A DNA stretch of 64,000 nucleotides. Source: Methylococcaceae bacterium. GTDB taxonomy: Bacteria; Pseudomonadota; Gammaproteobacteria; Methylococcales; Methylococcaceae. Each line of letters starts with the position of its first letter. Positions within the stretch are counted from its first letter, which is position 1. This document shows positions 18,362 to 25,724 of this stretch, one piece after another. Below the pieces are notes generated by a model. The model was not told the DNA's origin. It made no database searches and saw only the letters and a list, made by a program, of their open reading frames with translations. A program made the position numbers and the translations under genes. Location of the stretch: positions 468 to 64,467 of the forward strand of contig JBIIEQ010000010.1 of the NCBI GenBank assembly GCA_044237765.1, written 5' to 3'.

Positions 18362-19180
18362 CTAATTCGACCCCTTTCTGGGGATTATCCTGAGTATCCT
18401 CCGGAAGTGATTTTCTGTGAGCAAGGCCAGACAGAACAGTTGCAGGAAATTCTCCGCGATGATGACTTCCAGTCCCAGATTGACCGGCACTGTCTCAAGT
18501 CGGGTCCCAAAAAGCCTATCCCAAAACGCCAGAACGATGCCGTAGTTGCTGTCGTGCTCCTTGCGCAATGCCGAATGATGGGTTCGGTGTAGCGAGGGGG
18601 TGATGATCCAGTTGGACAAGGTGTCCTCGTTGGGAATTTTCACATTGGCGTGATGAAACAGGATAAACACCAACTGTATGGCCTCCATGGCCAGGACAAT
18701 GTGGGCATCGACGCCAATCAGAATGACGAAAAGACATTTGAAGGGTATTTCGATCAGAAGATCAAACACATGAAACCGGAATCCGGTCGTCACGTTATAG
18801 GATTTGTCGCTGTGATGAACCTTGTGGAAGCGCCAAAAAAATTCGTTGTGATGGTTCAGTACATGCCAGGCGTAGATGGCCAGATCATAAAGCAGGAAGG
18901 TGACCAGCCAGCGAAACGGCCCTTCCGCCATTCCGTTGAGCAACCCGTAGCCTGCAAACTGTTGAGCCACAAAGAAGAGCGATGTGGCCCGAATCAGGGT
19001 CAGAACAACGTTGTTGAAAAAAAACGCCGAGAGGTTGGTAAGTACAGACTCCTTGGTCGTCGACTTGTCGAATTTCCGGTAAGGATGTTTTTTTTCGGCG
19101 TAAAGAAGAAAGAAGAAGGCAACTAACGAAATAAAAATGAAAGTGTTGCTTACGACTTCCGCGAGTCTATCGGTGACCAT
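18362..19180 (-). CDS. Membrane fatty-acid hydroxylase / sterol desaturase superfamily enzyme (His-box di-iron)
   Basis: His boxes HVLNHH, HKVHHSD, HHANV and HRTHHS in a multi-TM protein. Start set at MVTDRL (ATG 19180), preceded by AGGGGG with a 5-nt spacer. The ORF track extends to 19237. Confidence 0.78.
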   Translation of the reverse strand: MVTDRLAEVVSNTFIFISLVAFFFLLYAEKKHPYRKFDKSTTKESVLTNLSAFFFNNVVLTLIRATSLFFVAQQFAGYGLLNGMAEGPFRWLVTFLLYDLAIYAWHVLNHHNEFFWRFHKVHHSDKSYNVTTGFRFHVFDLLIEIPFKCLFVILIGVDAHIVLAMEAIQLVFILFHHANVKIPNEDTLSNWIITPSLHRTHHSALRKEHDSNYGIVLAFWDRLFGTRLETVPVNLGLEVIIAENFLQLFCLALLTENHFRRILRIIPRKGSN

Positions 19181-19399
19181 GGATGCCCCCTGAAATCTCA
19201 CTTCCTTGACCATTACCCATGTGTTCGATTTCACCAAGCTTAACGGTAACGGTCATGTCACGGTGTCTTTTCAGACCCACCCTTTGTGAGGAAAGTTCGG
19301 GATGTATTAGCGGGAGATGGTGGCCCAGCCTTGGGGTGTTGATAACCTCGATTGAATCCTGGTTTTGCAGGAAATTCATATCCGAAAAGACTAAGCGGC

Positions 19400-19840
19400 T
19401 CATGCGGGAGATCTATATTTGCGGGCGGCTTGCCGGCAAAAGGCTTCCACCATGGAACCGGTGACCTCCTTGAATAAGCCGCCAAAAGCCATGCTCAGAA
19501 GGGCGTTTGCAAACTCGAAATCCAGGCTGAATGTGGCGGTGCAACCGCCGTCCCCACTCGGCTCGAATCGCCAGATCCCGTTCAATTTCTTGAATGGGCC
19601 ATCGACGAGTCGCATTCGAATGGATTTGCCGGGTTCCATGGTGTTCTCTGTCGTAAAGGACAATTTCACTTTGGATTTCGCAATGGTGATGGTGGCCTTG
19701 AGCTTGCCCGGCGATTCCTCGAGAAGTTTGACTTCGCTGCACATGGGGATGTAGCTCGGGTAGGCTTGCACATCGTTCACCAAGTTGAACATTTCCATGG
19801 GCGAATGCGTTACACAAACACTGGTCGATACATTGGGCAT
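19400..19840 (-). CDS. RatA/COQ10-like SRPBCC protein (ubiquinone/lipid-binding START fold)
   Basis: 146 aa. LVNDVQAYPSYIPMCSEVKLL, VDGPFKKLNGIWRFEP, FEFANALLSMAFGGLFKEV match the RatA/YfjG/Coq10 pattern. Confidence 0.78.
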   Translation of the reverse strand: MPNVSTSVCVTHSPMEMFNLVNDVQAYPSYIPMCSEVKLLEESPGKLKATITIAKSKVKLSFTTENTMEPGKSIRMRLVDGPFKKLNGIWRFEPSGDGGCTATFSLDFEFANALLSMAFGGLFKEVTGSMVEAFCRQAARKYRSPA

Positions 19841-19891
19841 GGGCTGTCGGCTCCTGGATATTTGAGTATCTCGATGGTCGAAGCGGATGTG

Positions 19892-20350
19892 TCAGGCCAA
19901 CTTTGGCATGCCTTCCAATGCTTGGCTCAAGCGATTAATCTCTTCTTCCGCCTGGACTTGCTGAGTTACGTCATATTGAACGCCGAGGTAATAAATCAGA
20001 TTGCCTTCATGGTCGAATAGTGGGGTAATCGCCAGATGGTTGTAGAACAGCTCGCCATTTTGACGGTAGTTTCTCAACGTAACCTCAACGGGCTGGCAGG
20101 CATCAATGGCCTCCCGCAGCGCTGCTCGAGCCTCCTGATCACGGTCATCGCCCTGCAGGAATCGGCAGTTCTTTCCCACGACCTCCTCCTGACTGTACCC
20201 GGACATGGTCGCAAAGGCTTTGTTGGCATAAACAATCGGCATGTCGGGTAAGTCTGGGTCGGCCAGGGTCACGCCATTCACGCAGGAATCAAGGATTTTG
20301 GACAGCATGTTGGGAATGATCCCAGGGTCTTTTTCAGGAATAAAAAACAT
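19892..20350 (-). CDS. Short LOV-domain blue-light photoreceptor, copy 2 (no effector domain)
   Basis: GKNCRFLQGDDRDQ, LRNYRQNGELFYN, YLGVQYDVT, helical tail AEEEINRLSQALE. 81 of 147 positions are identical to copy 1 in my gap-free hand alignment. Confidence 0.9.
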   Translation of the reverse strand: MFFIPEKDPGIIPNMLSKILDSCVNGVTLADPDLPDMPIVYANKAFATMSGYSQEEVVGKNCRFLQGDDRDQEARAALREAIDACQPVEVTLRNYRQNGELFYNHLAITPLFDHEGNLIYYLGVQYDVTQQVQAEEEINRLSQALEGMPKLA

Positions 20351-20401
20351 CGACCTGACCTCTTGTGACGAAATAATGGCAATCGGCTTTAACTAAACTC
20401 G

Positions 20402-20881
20402 TCAAGCGCTTGGGGCTTCGCGCTCGATCAGACCTTTAAGGTTTTTCACGGTTCTGTCCGCACCATCCTGGACAGCCACGCGAACCAGTTTTTCAAAGGG
20501 ACGAAGTATGGGTTCCAGTTCCGGGAACTCGAACGTAAACGTGACCCGCGTCAATGCGGACGCACCGTTTGGCTCCTCGAAATCATAGATACATCGATAT
20601 TTGTTCGAAACACCCTCAAAGGCTATTTTGCTGTCCGGCAGCAAATCAGTGATCCTGAAGGTCGAGTCTGACTTACGCCCGTGATCGACCCGAATTTGGC
20701 GCATCAGGCTGCCTACTTTCAGCGGCCCATCGGATAGTTTTTTCAGGTCGATGACCTCGCTGGACCACCTTGGGTAATTTTCAAAGAAATCTTCGGCAAC
20801 GAACTGGTACACGTCTTCCAGGCGAAGTCGGACGAGCCCGGAGGCTTTGCCTATGACCGGCTTGGGCGAGCCAAAAAACAT
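20402..20881 (-). CDS. SRPBCC (START/Bet v1-like) protein, copy 2
   Basis: FVAEDFFENYPRWSSEVIDL, STFRITDL, AFEGVS, LRPFEKLVRVAVQDG. Ends 51 nt before LOV copy 2. Confidence 0.65.
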   Translation of the reverse strand: MFFGSPKPVIGKASGLVRLRLEDVYQFVAEDFFENYPRWSSEVIDLKKLSDGPLKVGSLMRQIRVDHGRKSDSTFRITDLLPDSKIAFEGVSNKYRCIYDFEEPNGASALTRVTFTFEFPELEPILRPFEKLVRVAVQDGADRTVKNLKGLIEREAPSA

Positions 20882-20934
20882 GATCTAACTCCACGTTGGA
20901 ATTTTGTAGGGACAGCACCGAGGAAACATACAGT

Positions 20935-22089
20935 TCAAATGACAAATGTATCCAGCCCCGCTAACAGGAGATCGTATTGTGCTTCGACGATTTCCTTGAT
21001 GAGCGTGGCGGGTTGTCCGGCCACAATGTTTTGAGGTAATCCAAGCCAGCCGACCGCATCGTTTGGACCCATGCTGATCACATAACCGAGATCGCGATGA
21101 ATGTAAGGTTCCAGCAATTTCACTTTGCTGGAATGCCTCAGTACATTGTGTGCGACCAGTCGTCCCTTGCGGAGCGCTGTCTGGGCGCTGAGTGAGTTTG
21201 ATCCGGGTTTGTTGAAACGCGAGCAGTCGCCGGCCGCAAAAATTTTGGGAAGAGTTTTGCCTTCTAGTCGAACCTGCCCAAAAACATTTGTATCAATCAC
21301 AGGCTCGGGACGCATTCCCATGAACAAAAACGCGGCCTTTGACGGTAGTTGGCTGATTTCCCCCGTCTCCTTGTTTTCGATTTCGATGCTGTCTGACGTT
21401 TGCGCCTTGAAGTAGTGATTAGGGAAAAAATCGGTTCCTGTGTCTTCAAGGCGAGAGACAACGTATTTCCCCAATTTTGGGTTGAACTGCGAAAGGGGTG
21501 CATCCGCGCCATCCACCAGCCGCAAATGCCAATCCAAGCCTTGTTGTTTGATGTAGTGTGAAATTTCAAATAAAAACTGAATGCCGGTGGCGCCGGAGCC
21601 CACCAGGGTGAGCCAGACACCTTCAGCGCTATTGCCCTCGACCGCCCGGTTGAGGATTTCCGGACCCGAAGTGCGGGCAAAATCCTCCAGCCCGAAACAA
21701 TGATCGATGGCTTTGTGATGTTTGGAGCCTGTGCCGGTCGCCCAGATCAGGTAGTCGAATTCGATGAAGTCGCCGTTGATTTCCAGAAAGCCATCACTGG
21801 CCCATTGTTGTAATGAATCCTCTTCATAGGCAAGACAGGCCTGGATGTGGCGAGCGTCAAAACGCTTGGTAAGCAAATCGAACGGAACCCAGAATTCACT
21901 CAAGGGGCGGCGAAAGCTTTCATGCAAATGCGTGACCTTGAGATGCTGGTCCCGCGGGTCGATCAGCACGATTTCAGCTTCGGGGCTGTGTTCACGTAGC
22001 GCGACCAAAGCCGATAATCCAGCATAGCCTCCCCCGACAATGATGACTTTAGGTGCCTTGTCGGAAGGCAGATAAAAGGGCATGAACAT
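20935..22089 (-). CDS. NDH-2-like FAD/NAD(P)H-dependent pyridine-nucleotide-disulfide-family oxidoreductase
   Basis: Two Rossmann motifs, KVIIVGGGYAGLSA and LTLVGSGATGIQF. IFAAGDCS near the C-terminus. 384 aa. Confidence 0.8.
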   Translation of the reverse strand: MFMPFYLPSDKAPKVIIVGGGYAGLSALVALREHSPEAEIVLIDPRDQHLKVTHLHESFRRPLSEFWVPFDLLTKRFDARHIQACLAYEEDSLQQWASDGFLEINGDFIEFDYLIWATGTGSKHHKAIDHCFGLEDFARTSGPEILNRAVEGNSAEGVWLTLVGSGATGIQFLFEISHYIKQQGLDWHLRLVDGADAPLSQFNPKLGKYVVSRLEDTGTDFFPNHYFKAQTSDSIEIENKETGEISQLPSKAAFLFMGMRPEPVIDTNVFGQVRLEGKTLPKIFAAGDCSRFNKPGSNSLSAQTALRKGRLVAHNVLRHSSKVKLLEPYIHRDLGYVISMGPNDAVGWLGLPQNIVAGQPATLIKEIVEAQYDLLLAGLDTFVI

Positions 22090-22190
22090 GTTGACCCCGG
22101 CTTTAGTGGATGGGTGGTGACTGCTTGTGGCTGAAGGAGATCGGTTGCTGGTGGATAGTCAAGGCGACACGCTGGTAGGTTATTTGCCGG

Positions 22191-22748
22191 TCAGGGCTTT
22201 TCAGCCAATGCGGCCTCGATAGCCAGTCTGAGCAGGAGATCGTCAGGCTCGACATTCGAGGGAAAAACCTTGAGTACCTTGCCTTTTCGGTCAATCAGGT
22301 ATTTCTGGAAATTCCATTGTGGAGGGGTGCCTGACTGTTTTGTCAGTTCCGTGAAGAATGCATTAGCATGGTCACCCGATACGGCGCTCTTGCTGAACAT
22401 GGGAAAGGTTACGCCGTAATCGTTGAAGGAAACCTTAGCCGTTTGGCCCGGGTCTTCGTGTTCCTGTTTAAAGTCGTTCGAGGGAAAACCGAGGATCACG
22501 AATCTTTTGTTCTTGAACTCTTGGTACAGAGATTCAAGTCCCTTGAACTGGGGGGTGTAGCCGCACTGACTCGCCGTATTAACGGCAAGGATCACTTTTC
22601 CCCGGTAGGCTTCACAGAAATTAACAGGTCCTCCACCCAGCAAGGGGGCGCCGGAATATTGGAGTAGGGGAGGGCACTCACTGGAGTCCGCGATGGTCAG
22701 GGAGGGTCCCATGGCCATGAGTAAGGCAAAAGCAGGTAGCAAATTCAT
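22191..22748 (-). CDS. Glutathione peroxidase family protein with signal peptide (periplasmic)
   Basis: VNTASQCGYTPQFKGLESLY, FVILGFPSNDFKQEHE, WNFQKYLIDRKGKV. Leader MNLLPAFALLMAMGPSLTIA. Confidence 0.88.
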   Translation of the reverse strand: MNLLPAFALLMAMGPSLTIADSSECPPLLQYSGAPLLGGGPVNFCEAYRGKVILAVNTASQCGYTPQFKGLESLYQEFKNKRFVILGFPSNDFKQEHEDPGQTAKVSFNDYGVTFPMFSKSAVSGDHANAFFTELTKQSGTPPQWNFQKYLIDRKGKVLKVFPSNVEPDDLLLRLAIEAALAEKP

Positions 22749-22809
22749 CCCTTCTTCCTCCCGGTTGTCGTTGCTCGAATCTTCCGATTAGTAACCTTTG
22801 GTGTCCCCT

Positions 22810-23118
22810 TTAGCGGTTTAGTTGCAATAGTCGCCTACGGAGCCAATGCAGAGGCTTCCGCCAATCACGATGGCGGGTGAATCGCTCAATTTCCGCGTCG
22901 AAGAAAGCTCGAGCCAGCATTTCATCGGAGGGGGAGTAGCCGTATCGTTTTAGCCATGCCTCCTTTGCTTCAGCTTGCAGCCGATAGTAGGCGTAATCGT
23001 AGGCCGTATTGGCGTCATAGCTGAGTGTCTCCTTCCGGTGATCAATGCCCCGGCTACGAAGCTCATCGAAAAACCAGCGACGCAGTGTCAGGTAATCCTG
23101 TTTATCAAAAGTGCTCAT
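22810..23118 (-). CDS. Hypothetical soluble protein, Trp/Arg/Tyr-rich, no recognisable domain
   Basis: ORF 22810..23190. Start probably MSTFDKQDY (ATG 23118), giving 102 aa. Co-oriented, first gene after ycaR. Confidence 0.4.
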   Translation of the reverse strand: MSTFDKQDYLTLRRWFFDELRSRGIDHRKETLSYDANTAYDYAYYRLQAEAKEAWLKRYGYSPSDEMLARAFFDAEIERFTRHRDWRKPLHWLRRRLLQLNR

Positions 23119-23267
23119 ATGCTGTCTTGTCAGCCGGGTGTCGAGGGTTGGTTCATGTGGCCAGGGCCATGAGCCTCGAGAATGCTTCATGCCGCTTGGG
23201 GCTCCCTCTATGGAGCTTCCAGTCTGTCTGAAGTTCCATCATCCCGGATTCGGGGGCTTACAAGGAC

Positions 23268-23477
23268 TTACTCAACCAATGGGGTTTTCCTAGGTAGTGC
23301 ATCGTATTCTTCCAGACTGATTCGCCGAGCTTCGCCTTCCAGCATGACGGGAATGCCATCGCGAATTGGATAGGCCAGCCGGTCGGCCTTACAGATGAGT
23401 TCCTGCTCTTCCTTTTTGTAGATCAGATCGCTCTTGCAAACCGGGCAGACGAGAATTTCAAGCAGTTTTTTGTCCAT
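23268..23477 (-). CDS. ycaR: Trm112/YcaR family (UPF0434) zinc-ribbon protein
   Basis: [20 protein letters not shown]...[18 protein letters not shown], 69 aa. Overlaps the lpxK 3' end. Confidence 0.88.
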   Translation of the reverse strand: MDKKLLEILVCPVCKSDLIYKKEEQELICKADRLAYPIRDGIPVMLEGEARRISLEEYDALPRKTPLVE

Positions 23478-24483
23478 GAGTCTTTATCTTCAGTTGTGTG
23501 AGTAGTTGCTCGCCAAAGGCGTCGGGGAGTTGAGCCTGTAACGGGATGTACCAATGATTCGGGTTCGCGAATTGCCGGCATTTGACGGCGTCCTTCTCTG
23601 TCATGAACAGGGGGCTGGAACCGGCGAAAGCGAGGTCTTCGCGCCGGTAGGCATGATGGTCCGGAAAGGCGCGGCTCTCCACGGTAAGTCCCCGCCGTCG
23701 CAAATCGTCAAAAAACCGTTGCGGGTGGCCAATGCCCGCCATCGCATAGGTCTTCTCTCCCGCGAAATGGTCGAGGGGACGGTGCTGCTCGGGGTTGGCC
23801 AGGTTGACGGCAGCGTTACTGGCCAGTGACATGACGATGCTGTCCTCGGGGCCGGTGCCGGAATAAATGACCCAGTCGACGGTTTCAAGGCGCGCAGGCG
23901 GTTCGCGCAGCGGGCCGGCAGGGAGGCAGTGACCGTTGCCGAAGCCGCGGACGCCATCCACCACGGCAATCTCGATGTCGCGGGCCAGCGCATAGTGTTG
24001 CAGGCCATCGTCGGCAATGAGAATGTCGCAGTTACCGGCGGCCAGCAGGGTGCTTCCGGCTTCGGCTCTTCGCGGATGGATGCATACCGGGCAGCCACTG
24101 CGGCGTGCGATGAGGACGGGTTCGTCGCCAGCTTCCTCGGGTGTCGTCTCTAGGCCGACGATCAGCGGGCGGGACTGCTTCTTTCCGCCATAACCCCGAC
24201 TGATGATACCGGGACGATATCCATGATGCTTCAACAAGTCGGCGAGCCATAGCGTCAATGGCGTTTTGCCGGTGCCGCCCACGGTGAGGTTGCCGACGAC
24301 GATCACCGGCACGGGGAGCCGGTCGACCTTTTTGCGGTCCCGTCGATAGGCGTTTTGTCGCGCCCTGACGGCCTGTATGAAGAGTTTTTCCGCTCCCGTC
24401 AGGAAAGGACTGGGAGCGGGGGTTTCATACCACTGACGTTGCAACCATGAATGGAGGGATTGGTTCAGGCTCACGGGGATCAA
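23458..24483 (-). CDS. lpxK: Tetraacyldisaccharide 4'-kinase
   Basis: [19 protein letters not shown]-loop, ISRGYGG, DDGLQH. 341 aa. Confidence 0.92.
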   Translation of the reverse strand: MIPVSLNQSLHSWLQRQWYETPAPSPFLTGAEKLFIQAVRARQNAYRRDRKKVDRLPVPVIVVGNLTVGGTGKTPLTLWLADLLKHHGYRPGIISRGYGGKKQSRPLIVGLETTPEEAGDEPVLIARRSGCPVCIHPRRAEAGSTLLAAGNCDILIADDGLQHYALARDIEIAVVDGVRGFGNGHCLPAGPLREPPARLETVDWVIYSGTGPEDSIVMSLASNAAVNLANPEQHRPLDHFAGEKTYAMAGIGHPQRFFDDLRRRGLTVESRAFPDHHAYRREDLAFAGSSPLFMTEKDAVKCRQFANPNHWYIPLQAQLPDAFGEQLLTQLKIKTHGQKTA

Positions 24484-24908
24484 TGCCCGGGGCTGCTTTG
24501 TGCGGCGAAGCTGATGTGCTGATAGCCCAGCTGTCCGGCGGCATCCAGGACCGTGATGACCGATTGATGGGTCGTGTTGCGATCGGCGTCGATGGTGATC
24601 AGCGGGTCGGGGTTGTCGCCGGCTGCTTCCTTCAGGGCTTGCTTCACAGTCTCTAGCTGGTTGTCTGTAAGCTCGCGCTGATTGATTCGGTATTGGCCTG
24701 CCGGGTTGATGACGATCTCAAGGCCGGTGTTTTGGGTAGGCGTCTGCGCCGTCCCCGCGCCCGGAGCTTCCGGGAGGCTGATGCGCAGCTGCGCCTCCCG
24801 GCTAAAGGTGGTGGTCAGCAGGAGAAAGATCAACAGCACGATGAGCACGTCGATCATGGGGATCAGGTTGAGTTCGGGTTCGTCGCGGTGTCGGGGACGG
24901 AAGTTCAT
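24480..24908 (-). CDS. ExbD/TolR family biopolymer transport protein
   Basis: ELNLIPMIDVLIVLLIFLL and C-terminal periplasmic domain. 142 aa. 4-nt overlap with lpxK. Confidence 0.88.
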   Translation of the reverse strand: MNFRPRHRDEPELNLIPMIDVLIVLLIFLLLTTTFSREAQLRISLPEAPGAGTAQTPTQNTGLEIVINPAGQYRINQRELTDNQLETVKQALKEAAGDNPDPLITIDADRNTTHQSVITVLDAAGQLGYQHISFAAQSSPGH

Positions 24909-24921
24909 GTTGACGGTCCGA

Positions 24922-25539
24922 TCAGGAAGGGCGATTGAGTGCGCCGATCAGCTCCACAGCTTCCTCCTCCATGCGCACCGTCAGCTCGGCCACCCTGCCT
25001 TGAAAATAACGGTAGAAGATCAGTGTGGGAATGGCCACTGCAAGACCCGCCGCCGTGGCAATGAGGATTTCGGAAATGCCGCCGGCGAGTTGTGCGGGGT
25101 TGGCGATATCGCTTCCCGCTGAAGAGAAGGTCGCAAAGACCTTCATCATGCCTAGTACGCTGCCAAGCAGGCCAAGATAGGGTGAGATGGAGGCAATGGT
25201 GCCCAGCGTATTCAGGTAGCGCTCCAGATCATGTACCACCTGGCGACCGGCTTGCTCGACGTTTTCCTTCATGACCTCGCGCCCTTCTTTTTGGCTGGAG
25301 AGGGCTGCGGCAACAATGGTGCCCAAGGGAGAACCGGTTTTGAGATTGCGCAGGGCCACGGCATCCAGCTTCTGATTACGGTGCAGGTCCCACACTTGGG
25401 GGATGAGTTCGGCGGGCATGATCCGCGCGGTTCTCAGCGCCCAGAGCCGCTCTCCAATGATGGCCATCGCGACGACGGAGCAGGCAAAGATGGGGGCCAT
25501 CATCCAGCCGCCCAGTTTGATGATTTCTAGCACGATCAA
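24922..25539 (-). CDS. MotA/TolQ/ExbB proton-channel family protein
   Basis: Three TM segments. ISPYLGLLGSVLGMMKVF...IATAAGLAVAIPTLIFY. Confidence 0.88.
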   Translation of the reverse strand: MIVLEIIKLGGWMMAPIFACSVVAMAIIGERLWALRTARIMPAELIPQVWDLHRNQKLDAVALRNLKTGSPLGTIVAAALSSQKEGREVMKENVEQAGRQVVHDLERYLNTLGTIASISPYLGLLGSVLGMMKVFATFSSAGSDIANPAQLAGGISEILIATAAGLAVAIPTLIFYRYFQGRVAELTVRMEEEAVELIGALNRPS

Positions 25540-25724
25540 TGCACTCGCTTGGTGGTGTGTGACAGGCGGTTTGGTTTGGGGCCTGGATCGCCATTACCTC
25601 ATTGATTCTAACATCCGCAACATCGCCTCGAGGTTTTTGGGGAAGCGGGATCAGGTTGCGGCGTCCGGGTGGGCTCCGGATAATCCGGGAGGTTATTCAG
25701 CTATTGAACACAGGAGTCAAAAAG

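Noticed and set aside
15474-23267. Direct repeats marking the borders of the low-GC block
   Set aside because: The only shared string noticed at both edges is a 7-mer (gccgctt), which is expected by chance. No att-like duplication could be supported by eye.
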